Shown piece by piece: positions 36,966-51,110 of a DNA stretch of 64,000 nucleotides (positions within the stretch are counted from its first letter, which is position 1; each line of letters begins with the position of its first letter). The stretch is from the NCBI RefSeq assembly GCF_030144855.1, contig NC_082709.1, forward strand, positions 149,048,001 to 149,112,000, given 5' to 3'. The stretch comes from Hypanus sabinus. Taxonomy: Eukaryota. The notes beneath the pieces were generated by a model that saw only the letters and a list, made by a program, of their open reading frames with translations, had not been told where the DNA came from and ran no database searches. The position numbers were made by a program, and so were the translations under genes.

Positions 36966-37877
36966 CTAGACTGGTGGAGTGATTTGGTCAACTAGGCATA
37001 TCGCCACTACTTTTAAGAATCAGAGAAGATCTTGTTTACATGTACATGATTCTGACAGAGCCAGGTAGCCACAAAGTGAGGGTAGTTACCCTAGTCAAGA
37101 TATCTAGGAGAGGATCATAGTCTCATCAGAGTACAGGATAAAACAAATATTTATCACTAAGATGAAGAGAAATTCCTTTAGAGACTTAAACCATGCAATT
37201 CTCTCACTGGAGACAGTGGATACTAAAACTCTGAATATATTTATGGAGGAGATGGAGCAATTTCCAGACAAAAGGCAATAAGGTTTATGGGGAAGGAAAT
37301 GGGGGGAAAATACTGAGATGGGGAATCAAGCAAGCTTGCAAAGCCAAATGGCCTACTGTTGCTCCTATTTTTCCTTGGTAGGCTTCATATTGCCAGCACT
37401 CACTCCATGGACTGTCATTTTGAAATGTTGAAATTAAAGTGGATTTTAGAAAATTTATTTTATGATTTATATCAGGAATTTCGATTATTGATTGCGCTTC
37501 CTGGTTTTAGTGCGTCAATTTTCTCTGACTTGGAATTCTATTGATGCTAGGTACAGTTTGTAGATGCATTGTTTAAATAATCCCTCTCTTTCATCAGTTT
37601 CAACTGTAATGTTTGGTTTCTGAAACCTAGACAAGGGTCTTGGCCCAAATAAATGTATTTATTGGACAAAAGTGTGAGATATATATTAAAAAAATGTGCC
37701 CATCAATACAATGACACGTTTATTTTTACTTTGTGAAATGCATGAAAACAGTCCTGATGAATCATCTCGGCTTGAAACTCCGAGCTTGTTTACTCTTTTC
37801 CAAGAATGCTGAGTAGCCTGCTGAGTTCTCCAGCGTTTTGTGTGTGACACTTCCGTTGTTCCTCTGTCTTATCACAG

Positions 37878-37960
37878 GTCATGTTGGTCTCCCTCTGTGC
37901 TGGTGGTGTGGGTTTGAATCTTATTGGAGGCAATAACCTTTTCCTATTAGATATGCACTG
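37878..37960 (+). CDS. TTF2: TTF2 (SNF2-family helicase) internal exon, helicase C-terminal motif
   Basis: atcacag|[28 protein letters not shown]|gtaag, phase 0-2; matches the TTF2 segment as I recall it ([28 protein letters not shown]). Confidence 0.85.
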
Positions 37961-38269
37961 GTAAGATTAAAGATTAGCAGTCATGCTATTGTACCTTTCA
38001 ATTATTTTTAAAGATGGGATAGGTTGAATATATTTTCCTCATGCACAGAAAGCACTGAATTATTGATAAAATTGTATCAGCTTGATTTTTTTTGTGCAAT
38101 TGATTTTCCATTGCTTAAATACTTTTATTTTCACATTCTCCTCTTCCTTCTTTAGTAAGGATGGAGACAAGTCAGAATACCTCAGATAAGTAAACTGAGC
38201 ACAGCCATTTGAAATAAGTCCACATGACAAACTGAAGTCATTCGAAAGTAATTTAGCATTAGGATTTCT

Positions 38270-38515
38270 GCAAGTTGGGGCAAAGAAACAAACACGAGGA
38301 ACTCTGGATGCTAAAGCTATATTCGGGGTTGTATAAAGAACACAAAAGCAAATGGCAGGAGTTTGTTCTCCCCGTGACCATGTGGATTTCCTGTGGATGC
38401 TCTGTATTCCTCCCATGTTCCAAAGATGTTAGGTTAAATGATCACATGGGTATAATTGGGCAATGCGGACTTGTTGGGTCAGATGGATCTGTTTCCGTGC
38501 TGTATCTCTAAAATA
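38270..38515 (+). mobile_element. SINE (tRNA-derived, shark/ray type)
   Basis: gtttgttctccccgtgaccatgtggatttcc core and tail gtttccgtgctgtatctctaaaataaa. Confidence 0.55.
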
Positions 38516-38839
38516 AAAAAATATAAAGATCAGCTGAATTCAGGGGAGGTCCAAATTAGCGAAGAGTTACTGGGGGGGGAAATGAAAAAAAGGGGAAGCT
38601 CAAAATATAAGTGTGAATTTCCTTAGTCTTAGAACAGTTTGGACATATGTTTAAGGGGAAGGAAGTAACCAAGGAAAGAATGGGGCCCATGGGTATGCTG
38701 TGCATGGAGTCAGTTTGTGGGTAAGGTTTTAATTGTCTATACACAGTAAGGGAAAGGACACTGTAGTTGGAGAATTCAGGGAGAGGAGAACATTAAAAAA
38801 GGAGGAAGACAAAAGTGGACAAATCCCCATGGCCTAATG

Positions 38840-40000
38840 AGATGTAACCCAGCTCTGGGAAATAAGGGAAGAGATTGTCAGGGATCTGGCAGAAATTTTA
38901 AACCTTCAGTGGCCACAGATGATATATCAGATATTTGGAGGACAGAAGATGTACATTTGTTTAAGAATAGCTGCTCAGATAAACCTGGTTATCACAGGAA
39001 ATTGAGTATAATAATGGTTGTAGAAAAGTTATTAAGGAATAAAATTAGTCTACAGTTGGAAAGGCAAGAAATGATCCAACATAGCATGGCTCTATGCAAT
39101 GGAAATTTATTTGTTTGACAAATTTGATAGTGTGTTGATAGGGTACTGCACCTGGCATAGTTTACATAGACTTTGGTAAGGTTTTAGACAAGTTCCAACA
39201 TGAGTGAGTATACCAAAAGGTTGGAGCCCATGATTTCCAGGACAACATGGATTCAAATTTGCAAGGGTGGGGGGGGGGGAATAGAGGAACATAACAGAAT
39301 AGCTAAAGCCAGAGGGAATAGGCTTAATGGGTAGCAGGCTTGAAGAGGTTGAGGAAGAAACCTTTTAACCGATTGTGGGGCTAGAATCTGAAATGTGCTG
39401 CCAGGGAGTGTGGCAGTAGCAGAGACACTCATTACGTTTTTTTATCCAAAGAGCACTTGAGTCACCAAAGGCATAGAAGGCTACAGGTCAAGTGTTGGAA
39501 AATGGAATTGGTATAATGAGTATTGTGACGGTTGGCACGGATGTGGTGGATTGAAGGCTCAGTTTCTCTGTTGTAGGACTGACTCTCCTTGCTCTGAGTA
39601 TCAAACTTTGCTACTTTTGTCTCATCTTGTTACTAATTAGTAATTTCTTTTTTGTTTGTTCTGTATTTTGCTTAACTGAGTTGTGGCTCAGTATTTCAAA
39701 CTAGGATAATCCAAGATTATCTGAATTTGGTTAATTAATCCATGTAACTGAGCCACCTGTATGTTGCTGAGACCAAGAACCTTCTCTCTGTCCACCATAT
39801 AAAGTGAGAATTCCCAGTGGCCACCCATTTCAATTCTACTTCCCATTACCATTCCGACATGCCGGCCGCCTCTACTGCCAGCATAAGGCCACATTCAGGT
39901 TGGAGGAGCAATACCTTGTATTCTGTCTGGGTAGCCTCCAACCTGATGGCATGAAGATGGATTTCTTGAACTTCTGGTAATTGCACACCCCCTCTCCTGT
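38840..40000. mobile_element. Old CR1 and Penelope fragments
   Basis: Degenerate CR1 RT-like sequence 38840-39580; Penelope-like ttggaggagcaataccttgtattctgtctgggtagcctccaacc near 39900. Confidence 0.5.
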
Positions 40001-41719
40001 TTCCGTGCTGGATCTCTAAAATAAAAAAAATAAAGATCAGCTGAATTCAGGGGAGGTCCAAATTGTCAAAGAGTTACTGGGGGGTGGGGAATGAAAAAAA
40101 GGTAGCTCAGGGTTTGGACCAATAGAGAAATGGTGATTTCCGGGTTAGGAAACAGTATGAGATTGGGTAGAGACTTGCCTTTTCAATTGATAGATGTTGA
40201 AAGTTTTGGCGTGCTGTTAAAACTTTGAGTTCTAGAGATGCATTTTGTACATGATGTTCCAGTGTAGACAAAGTGCTTGTTTGAGCTATTGTTCAGATGG
40301 GCTTGCTCCCGGTTACTGGGTGAATGAGTAGCACCTGGGAGTAAGGATGAGAATAGTAGAAGCAACAAGACATTTGAATCCATTTTGTACTGTAGTCAAT
40401 ATAGAAGAATGAGGGCTGTTTTAATTTGTAGACCAGCAGTAGAATAATTAGAATCAGAAAAAATAATTTTCAGGGAATCAAATTTTAAGGTTAGACAACA
40501 GAATTTACCAGTAACTCTTTATAAACTACCAACTCAGCTGAAGTGGTCCTGAAGTGGGAGCTTGCAGGATAAAGATGATGATCAGTAAATTCACAAATAT
40601 ATTCATGCAAAAGGTCCCAAAGCAAGCAAGACATCCAAAGCTAACACTACCCAAAAAAGAAGAAATAAATCTATCAAATGCTAAGCATACTGCTAGGCTT
40701 AGCCAGAACAATCAAAATCTGTATGTTTATGTAATCTGTAGAAACAAAGCTTTAAAATTTAAAATGTGACATATTTAAAAAATCCTAAAATACAAAGCTT
40801 TGGACATTTTATACCCTCCCCCCCAAAAAAACCTAAAAGCATACTTACTGGTAGTCTTTGCAGCTATTACAGTTTAGATCAAAAGGAAAGCTATTCCTGT
40901 ATCATCTCCGGAGGAAGGGTGAGAGTCAATTTTACACCATAAACTGTGGGCATGAAGTGCAATTTTACACTTCCCTGCTATTCTTCAGCACCACAATTCA
41001 TTTTGCAGTCAGAACGGTATAGATAACAGCAGTTTAGCATTTCTTCTTTCACAGATAGTGAGGAATTAACTAAATTTTGTTCATGATAACTTTGTTAACA
41101 GTGAAGGGAGTGTTTATTCAAATGTTCAGTTTTTTAAAAAATCAAGGTCATTCAGGTTTTGATGTTTTAAGGCTAACTCTAAAGGAATGAGAGGCAACAT
41201 GTCAAAACAGGTCTGGTTGAAACTACGGATAAACAGCAAGATAATTAAAAACTTACATTTTTGAACACAGAAACTGTATGTACGCCTTCAGGGAGCAGAG
41301 CTGTACTGACCAAATTGAATAGTCACGGTTGACCAAAGTCGCAGAGCAACCCAAAACACAGATAAGGCCTGTAAATGATCAACAAACTGTATACCTAGGG
41401 GGCTAAGCAATGTAAAGCAAAGGTTAAGGAAAAATGAAATGGTAATTTTATAAAGGAATATGAAAAGGACCTTGAGGGATAAGAAGCTTAACACACCATG
41501 GAAATTAGAAGGCAAAGGCGATATCCTTAAATCAATTTGATTACATTGAAAATGAAAATAAGGAATAAGCTTGTTGAATTGGTACTTGCCATTGTCCAAG
41601 CAGAAGAGATCCAGAGAATCACGAATTCAGATTTAGTAAAAATAGGAACAAATGTAACAAAACGCAAATTTCTAGGACCGGCTCTACTTTATGGTTTTTG
41701 AAAGAAGAGATGTATTAGC

Positions 41720-43330
41720 CGATAAGACATTGGAGCAGAATTAAGTCATTTGGCCCATCAAGTTTGCTCTGCCATTCAATCATGGCTGATCCTTCTTTCA
41801 CTTCCTCAGCTCCACTTCTGGCCTTCATCCCTAAACTTTGATGCCGTGTCCAATCAAGAATCTATTAGGCTCTGCCTTAAGTACACCAAACGAATTGACC
41901 TCCACAAATTCACTACCATCTGGTTAAAGAAATTTCTCCACAGCTCTGTTTTAAATGGACGCCTCTCTATCCTGAGGCTGTGCCCTCTTGCCCTAGACTC
42001 CCCACCATGGGAAATATACTTTTTGCATCTACTCTGTCTAGGCCTTTCAACATTCAAAAGGTTTCAGTGAGATTCCACCCTCCCCATCCTTCAAATTTCC
42101 AGCAAGTACAGACCCAGAGCAATCAAACGTTCCTCGTTGCTAACCCTTACATTCCCAGAATCATCCTTGTGAACCTCCTCTGGACCCTCTCTAATGACAG
42201 TTAATCTGTTCTTAGATGAGGAGCCTAAAACTGTTCACAATTCTGAAGGTGAGGCCTCACCAGTGCCTTATAAAGCCTCAATATTACATTACTGCGTTTG
42301 TGTTCTAGAGCTCTTGAAATGAATGCTAACATTGCATTTGCCTTCCTCACCATGAACTCTTCCTGCAAGCTGACCCCTAGTGTGTTCTGCACAAGCACAC
42401 TCCCAAGTCCCTTTGCATCTCAGATTTTTGGATTTTCGGATTTTCTCCCTGTTTAGAAAATAGTCTGCACATTTATTTCTACAATCAAAGTGCATGACCA
42501 TGCATTTTTCAACATTGCATTTCATTTGCCACTTTCTTGCCCATTCTCCTAATTAGTCTTGTCCTTCTGTAGCCTGTTTCCTGACCCTGCTTGCCCCTCC
42601 ACCAATCTTTGTACCACCTGCAGACTTGGCAACAAAGCCACCTATTCTGTCACCTAAATCATTAATATACAGTATAAAAAGAAGCGATCCCAACACCAAC
42701 ACCTGCAGAACACCACCAGTCACTGGGAGCCAACCAGAAAAGGATCCCTTTATTCCCACTCACAGCCTCCTAGCAATCAGCCAATGCTCTAATCATGCCA
42801 GTAGCTTTACTGTAATACCCTGGGCTCTTAACTTGGTAAGCAGCCTTATATCTAGCACCTTGTAAAAGGCCTTCTGATAGACAAAATTTCTATCCTACTA
42901 GAAATCTCAAAGAATTCCAACAGGTTCATCAGGCAAGATTTTCCCTTAAGGAAACGATGCTGACTTTGTCCCATCTTGTCCTGTGTCATCTGGTAGTCCA
43001 TAATCTCATCCTTAACACTTGACTCGAACATGTTCCCAACTACTGAGGTTAGGCTAACTGGTCAATAATTTCCTTTCTGCTGTCTTCTTCGTTTCTTGAA
43101 GAGTGGAGTAACATTTGCAATTTTCCAGTCTTCTGGCACCATGCCAGAGCACAATGATTTTTGAAAGATCATTATTATTGTCTTCCCAATCTCTAATGCT
43201 ACCTCTTTCAGAACCCTAGGGTGTAGTTCAGTGGTCCCCAACCACCGGGCCGTGACCCAGTGCAGCTCCGCAGCCCAGTGGTTGAGGATCACTGGTGTAG
43301 TTCATCTGGTTTGAGTGACTTAATTAAAAA
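41720..43330 (-). mobile_element. CR1 RT/3' fragment
   Basis: Minus ORFs 41854..42057, 42289..42525, 42553..42759, 43062..43292. Confidence 0.85.
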
Positions 43331-44749
43331 TTTTCAACCATGATGAGCAATTATCTGTAAATGAGAGAAATGAGGAAATTATAAAAGCAGATCTACCAGC
43401 TGGTTTGGGGACGGCACAAACCAACCAAATAGCCAGTGTATTCTTTGAGATAGGTCATGTCTAATGAACCCAAGTCTCTTTATGAAGTGACAACTGCCCA
43501 GTGTCTGTGGTATGTTTTATATGTGCATTACCAACATTAAGGGTTGGTATTTATTACTAAAGCTATGGAATTAAGAGCAAATTATTAAGCAGTTTAGGAG
43601 ATTAACAGGGCATTAAACAATGGTGAAATAGCAGGAAGTAACAACCACTGGATCACAACAGATTGTCCATTTATATTTATTGGTAGTGCGGTAAAACACC
43701 ATGTATGCATGTGGAAGGTAAGGTTACAAAGATGAAACAAAAAAAAATCAAACAAAATTGTAATGAATTTCAATGTAGCCAAGTACAAGAATATTTTAGG
43801 TAAAAGTGAAAGTTAAATGATAACTTGAACAGTGAAGTTACAAATATTACATATCACTAAACTAATCAGCTACAAATTTAATCCAGCACTTGTAGGGTAA
43901 TTGTCCGTATATCCAGAAACTAAAAATGTTCTAAATATATCATTGTAGGTGCACTTGCTATTGATAGAATTTTGTTAGGAATGCAGTGTAAATTCACTGG
44001 AATGATAGAGCTGTGCAAGAAGTGCATAAACTAGGCTTGTGCTCCCTGGGTACAAGAACTTAAAGAGCAAATTGGTTGGGGTATGGTGGGGGTGGAGGTT
44101 TGTTAAGATGTTAAAAAATTGATAGGCTAAGCAAACCTCCAACTGATGCGGATAATCAGGACAAGGTGGGGAGGAACCTTAAAATTACAACCAGGGATCT
44201 TTAAGAAGCAACATCAAAACTGAAAATCCTGGAAACAAAACTGTGGAAACAATCAGCAGGTCTGCAGCATCTATGCAAACAGAAACAGTTTAACATTTCA
44301 GGTCACAGACTTAGCATTAAAATTACAGGAGATATCCATTTGTATAAAGGGTGGTTGAGATATGAAACATACTACCATAAACAGTCAATGTTAGATATTA
44401 GGATTATTTTTTACTATAACCAAGGATATTGGTCATGGATACAGATGGCAAACAATTTCATTGACTAGTTGACAGAACAGAAACAAGTAACATTGGACAT
44501 TTTTGATGTGCCCTTGTAGAAATGGTTTATTCTGTCCATTTACTTTATTGAAAATGTTGAGTTCATTTACAGAATACTTACTAGATTGTGGTATCATCTA
44601 TTACGGGGGAAAACAAGTGTTTCGGGTCAAACCCATAACATTACTGCTGAGAATATGGCATTTTATCTGGGTCAGTATTTGTTTGAACAGGCTTCAGATG
44701 CATCTGACTTGCTATTGTAACTGAAGTTGTTTTCACTGCCTCAAGTAAA

Positions 44750-44978
44750 GATGAAAGAAAAGCTTTATTTGTGATATATACATCAACACATACAGTGACA
44801 TATGTTATTTGTGTCACTCTTAAGTTGTATGCAGGACAGCTTTCAAGTGTCGCTATGGTTCCAGTGCCAACATGGCATGCCCACAACTGACAGACTAACT
44901 GTAACTCATACATCTTTGGAACGTGGAAAGAAACTGAAGCACCGTAAGGAAACCCACACAGTCACAGGCAGAACATGC
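44750..44978 (-). mobile_element. SINE fragment
   Basis: gaacgtggaaagaaactgaagcaccgtaaggaaacccacacagtcacaggcagaac is the reverse of the SINE core. Confidence 0.5.
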
Positions 44979-45759
44979 TGTTACGAATTCCCGTAACTGG
45001 ATCACTTACTAGCAAAGATAGAGAGGTCCGTTGAAGTCTGATGGTACTATTTTTAAAAGTATTTATTGATAAAGGGCACAAAAATAAGATTAATGCAAAC
45101 ATACAGATAATATACGTCATCAATACTAAATCTAAGCGCGGGTATAATAATAACCAATAAGAAATAGCTCTATCGTTGTTTAGGGGGTTAATGTATTGTC
45201 CAATGGAAAGATAACAGTCACTGTCAGTTCGTTCAAGCTGCAGCGTTGTTGGGTTTAAAAGTGATGCGGTTTAAACTTTCCCCAGGTCTTTTAAGGTGCC
45301 GATCCGTTGAGTCAGGGGAGCGGGCTTCCCCGTTGTTAGCTAAAAGCTGTTTTCCCGTGGTTCCAGCCACCAATTCCAGCCACGGAATCGAACGCACGTG
45401 GCTTATTTCAGATGACTTCCTGCTGTTACGTGGTCGCTTAACATTTCTTCTGGTGCGTCTAAAGGGGTTGTTCCCCAGACCCTCTTTTATACTTCCTCAC
45501 GGGGTCTCCGATGTCAATCAGGTTGGGATGATGCAATCCCTCAACCAGCCCACTCTGGCCATCCCCTGAGGGGCTTCAATGAATAGTACAGTACTCAATA
45601 CACAACTTGGTCTTCCAGAGACAATGGCCATGTCCCGTAGCTTTACATCGCTGGGGAAACGAGGCATTTTGCACGTCCCATTCTCATTTCCTGGGCCCCT
45701 TGACTCAACCCACTAGTGACCTTGCGATTCTCACAAAGGAGGGGGCTATGGACATAACA
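44979..45759. mobile_element. Solo LTR, family A copy 3
   Basis: tgttacg...cataaca, flanks atgc/acgc (4-bp TSD, 1 mismatch). Confidence 0.85.
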
Positions 45760-45895
45760 ACGCAAACTCCTTACAGCCGGCAGCGGAGTAAAGTTACACT
45801 GACCGTTACAATACCATTTCACCCCTAATAATGTCAAAATATCCTAAAAGAAAAATTTTGTAGATTGCAGATTAATGTTATTCTTTCCCTTGTAG

Positions 45896-46040
45896 GTTTG
45901 TGTGTGAAGGAACTATTGAAGACAAAATCTTTGAACTTCAGGAGAAGAAGAAGGAGCTGGCAAAGAAAGTGCTGTCAGGGACTGGAGAAACATTTACCAA
46001 GCTTACTCTTGCTGATCTTCGAATCCTTTTCGGCATCTGA
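45896..46040 (+). CDS. TTF2: TTF2 terminal coding exon
   Basis: ttcccttgtag|[48 protein letters not shown]; characteristic TTF2 C-terminus. Confidence 0.9.
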
Positions 46041-46689
46041 GTCGATCTAAGTGGAAAATAAGATAATTTTTCAAACTCTAACATAACAGTCAAAGTACAC
46101 TCTTAAAAAGATCCTCAGAAAATACTACATGATTTCTGAAACATATCAAAACATCTGAATGCTATTGTATAATTATGGCAACATACAAAAGCTTCATAAA
46201 CTAAAGTTATTTACATTTGGTATATACCGTATAATTGTCTCAAAGGTTAATCCCCATCCCACATTTGGTTAGATGTTGTCTTGATAAATGTAAGATACCT
46301 CAACAAATTCATCATCAATGTTATATTGGCTATTACCCGCAAAATACTAAAATTACAAAAAATTGTTTTTGTTCTTAGCATTGGTTAAGATTCAAGCAAC
46401 CAAACTATTTACTTTTGTATCCAAATGAAGTGCCTACTCGTGCATTGTTCAGGTAATGATATACTTAGGTTAGTGATTAAATTGACATTGTCAACAATTT
46501 TGTACAATGTGACAGTTCCAGCTTCTTGGGTGACAGATGAAATTTAGATCAATGCTTATTCTTGCATTAAGAGAACATTCCCTCATTTAATCTCATCTCC
46601 ATTCTCCAGGTTTCGATGTGAGAACTGTAATTTTAGTTTCTCTTGTGTAAACTAATGTACCATTGCACTTATAACCGTAAAACCATATA

Positions 46690-49600
46690 GCAATTACAGC
46701 ACTGAAACAGGCCATCTCGACCCTTCTAGTCAGTGCCGAATGCCTACTCTCACCTAGTCTCACTGGCCCACACTCAGCCCATAACCCTCCATTCCTTTCC
46801 TGTCCATATACCTACCCAATTTTACTTTAAATGACAATACCAAACCTGCCTCTACCACTTCTACTAGAAGCTCATTCCATACAGCTACCTTTCTGAGTAA
46901 AGAAATTCCCCCTCGTGTTACCCTTAAACGTTTGTCCCCTAACTCTCAAATCATGTCCTCTTGTTTGAATCTACATTGCTCTCAATGGAAAAAGCCTATA
47001 CACGTCAACTCTATCTATCCCCCTCATAATTTTAAATACCTCTATCAAGTCCCCCCTCAACCTTCTACGCTCCAAACAATAAAGACCTAACTTGTTCAAC
47101 CTTTCTCTGTAACTTAGGTGCTGAAACCCAGGTAACACTCTAGTAAATCTTCACTGTACTCTCTCTATTTTGTTGACATCTTTCCTATAATTCGGTGACC
47201 AGAATTGTACACAATACTCCAAATTCGGCCTTACCAATGCCTTGTACAATTTTAACATTACATCCCAACTCCTATACTCAATGCTCGGATTTATAAAGGC
47301 CAGCATACCAAAAGCTTTCTTCACTACCCTATCCACATGAGATTCCATCTTCAGGGAACTATACACCATCACTCCTAGAACAAACAACACACACAAAGTG
47401 CTGGTGGAACAAAGCAGGCCGGGCAGCATCTATAAGGAGAAGCACTGTCGACGTTTTGGGCCGAGACCCTTCATCAGGATGCCTGGCCTGCTGTGTTCCA
47501 CCAGCACTTTGTGTGTGCTGCTCAAATTTCCAGCATCTGCAGATTTCCTCGTGTTTACTCCTAGATCATTCTGTTCTACTGCATTCCTCAATGCCCTACC
47601 ATGTATGTCCTATTTTGATTAGTCCTACCAAAATGAAGCACCTCACAATTATCAGCATTAAACTCCATCTGCCATCTTTCAGCCCACTCTTCTAACTGGC
47701 CTAAATCTCTCTGCAAGCTTTGAAAACCTACTTCATTATCCACAATGCCACCTATCTTAGTATCATCTGCGTATTTACTAATCCAATTTACCACCCCATC
47801 ATCCAGATCATTAATATATATGACAAACAACAATGGACACAGTACAGATCCCATCACTAGTCACCGGCCTCCAACCTGACAAACAGTTATCCACCACTAC
47901 TTTCTGGCATCTCCCATCCAGTCACTGTTGAATCCATTTTATTACTTCAATATTAAAACCTAACGATTGAACCTTCCTAACTAACCTTCTCTGTGGAACC
48001 TTGTCAAAGGCCTTACTGAAGTCCATATAGACAACACCCACTTCTTTACCCTCGTCAACTTTCCTCGTAACCTCTTCAAAAAATTCAATAAGCTTTGTCA
48101 AACATGACCTTCCATGCAAAAATCCATGCTGACTGTTCCTAATCTGACACTGTCCATCCAGATAATTAGATATACCATCTCTAAGAATACTTTCCATTAA
48201 TTTACCCACCACTGACGTCAAACAGCCAGGCCTATAATTGCTAGGTTTACTCTTAGAACCCATTTTAAACAATGGAACCACATAAGCAATACGCCAATCC
48301 TCCAGCACCATCCCCATTTCTAATGACATTTGAAATATTTGTCAGAGCCCCTGCTATTTCTACACTAACTTCCCTCAAGGTCCTAGGGAATATCCTGTCA
48401 GGACCCGGAGATTTATCCACTTTTATATTCCTTAAAAGCGCCAGTACTTTCTCCTCTTTAATTGTCATAATTTCCATAACTTCCCTGCTTGTTTCCCTTA
48501 CCTTACACAATTCAATATCCTTCTCCTTAGTGAATACCGAAGAAAAGAAATCGTTCAAAATCTCCCCCATCTCTTTCGGCTCCACACATAGCTGTCCACT
48601 CTGATTCTCTAAGGGACCAATTTTATCCCTCACTATCCTTTTGCTATTAATATAATTGTAGATACCCTTTGGATTTTTTTTACCTTACTTGCCAAAGCAA
48701 ACTTGTATCTTCTTTTAGCTTTTCTAATTTCTTTCTTAAGATTCTTCTTACATTCTTTATATTCCTTGAGCACCTCATTTACTCCATGCTGCCTATATTT
48801 ATTGTAGATATCTCTCTTCTTCTTATCCAAGTTTCCAATATCACTTGAAAACTATGGCGCTCTCAAACTTTTGACCTTTCCTTTCAACCTAACAGGATTA
48901 CAAAGATTCTGTACCCTCAAAATTTCACCTTTAAATGACCTCAATTTCTCTATTACATCCTTCCCATATAAAAAAAATTGTCCCAATCCACTCCTCCTAA
49001 ATCCTTTCGCACCTCCTCAATGTTAGCCTTTCTCCAATCAAAAATCTCAACTCTGGGTCCAGTCCCATCCTTCTCCATAATTATATTGAAACTAATGGTA
49101 TTGTGATCACTGGACCCGAAGTGCTCCCCAACACATACATCTGTCAGCTGACCTATCGCATTCCCTAACAGAAGATCCAACACTGCCCCTTCTCTACTCA
49201 GTACCTCTATGTATTGCTGCAAAAAACTATCCTGCACACATTTTACAAACTCCAAACCATCCATCCCTTTTACAGTATGGGCTTCCCAGTCTATGTGTGG
49301 AAAATTATAATCTCCCACAATCACAACCCTGTGCTTACTACAAATATCTGCTATCCCCTTGCAAATTTGATCCTCCAATTCTCGTTCCCCATTAGATGGT
49401 CTATAATACACCCCTATAAATGTTACTACACCTTTCCCAATCCTGAGTTCCACCCAAATAGCCTCCCTAGATGAGCTCTCTAATCTATCCTGCCAGAGCA
49501 CCGCTGTAATATTTTCTCTGACAAGCAACACAACAGCTCCCCTCTTGTCCCTCCGATTCTATCACACCTGAAGCAGCAAAATCCAAGAATATTTAGTTGC

Positions 49601-51110
49601 CAATCACACCCCTCCTGCAACCATGTTTCACTAATAGCTACAACATCATATTTCCAGGTATCAATCCTTGCTCTAAGCTCATCCACCTTTCTTACAATGC
49701 TCCTAGCATTAAAACACATTTAAGAAATTCTACAGCTCTTCCTCTATGTTTATCTCTAACAGTACAAAGAATTTTAATGTTTTTTTTTCTTCCTGCTCCC
49801 ATACATCTGTTGCTACATTCTGATTCCCCTCCCACCTCGTATCCAGTTTAAATCCACTGGAGCCTCTCTAGCAAACCTACCTGCAAGAATATTTGTCCCC
49901 CTCCAGTTCCGATCCCACCGGAACAGGTCCCACCTTCACTGGAAAACTGTCCAATTATCTATAAATCTGAAGCCCTCCATCCTGCTCCATGTCTTCAGTC
50001 ACGTGTTGATCTGCACTATCTTACTATTTCTAAACCCACCAGCACGTGGCACTGGTAGCAATCCTGAGATTGCTATCCTGGAGGTCCTGTCCTTTAACTT
50101 GGCACCTAGCTCCCTAAACTCACCTTTCAGGACCTCCTCACTCTTCCTACCCACATCATTGGTCCCTACATGGACCATGACATCCGGCTGCTCACTCTCC
50201 CTATTGAGAATACTGAGAAGTCGATCCGAGATATTGTGAACCCTGGCACCAGGGAGGTAACTGACCATCTGGGATTCTCAATCTCTTCCACAGAACCTCC
50301 TATCTGTCCCCCTAACTGTTGAATCCCCTATCACTACTGCTCTCCTCTTTTCCCTCCTTCCCTTCTGAGCTCAGGGTCCAGTCTCAGTGCCAGAGACTCA
50401 ACCACTCCAACTTGTCCCTGGTAGGTCATCCCCACCAACAGTATCCAAAATGGTATACTTATTGTTGATGGGAACGGCCACAGGGATGCTCTGCTCTTCC
50501 TGTCTATTCCCCTTCCCTCTCCTGACAGTCACCCAACTACCTGTCTCCTTTACTCTTAGGGGTGACTATCTCCCCGAAACTGCTGTCTATTTCTGCCTCT
50601 GCCTCTGTCTCCCGAATGATCCAAAGTTCATCCAGCTCCAGTTCCCTAACACGGTTGGTCAGGAGCTGCAGCGGGATATACCTTTCGCAGGTGTAGTCAT
50701 CAGGGACAGCTGTGCTCACACTGACTTCCCACATATTGCAAACGGAGCACTGGACTGCCCTAACTGCTGCCTCTTTACCTACCCCTAATCTAATTAGATT
50801 AATTAAAGGAGCTTACCCGGCCTTACCTCACCTGGAGTGAAGTTCGTACTCAGCCTCTGCTCGCTGATCTCAGAGGCGGACTTTCACGCGCCTGCGCAGT
50901 CTAGCCTCTTTGCCCTGATCAGTTAAAAAAAAAACAGCCTCTCTCCGAACTTCTTTTACCTCTTCCCTCTTCGCCTCTTGCTTCGATTTAAATGACTGTT
51001 GAAAACTTCCTCTCCTTTTTAAACCTTTGGCGCGCTAGTCACGCGCGTGCGCAGTCTAGCCTCTTTGCCCCGATCAGTTAAAAAAAACAGCTTCTCTCCG
51101 AGCTTCTTTT
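46690..51110 (-). mobile_element. Near full-length decayed CR1 (ORF1 with Zn-finger and esterase-like region, EN, RT)
   Basis: Minus ORFs 50537..50734 (VPDDYTCERY), 49999..50268 (VHVGTNDV), 49480..49719, 48953..49531 (GDYNFP, SSDHN), 47922..48329, 47588..47857 (KYADDTK); about 75-bp direct repeat in the 5' UTR at 50885-50960 and 51040-51110. Confidence 0.9.
47380..47556. mobile_element. Short hairpin insertion of Penelope-like terminal repeats
   Basis: 37-bp inverted arms 47389-47425 and 47480-47516 (2 mismatches); 9-bp TSD actcctaga at 47371-47379 and 47557-47565. Confidence 0.8.
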
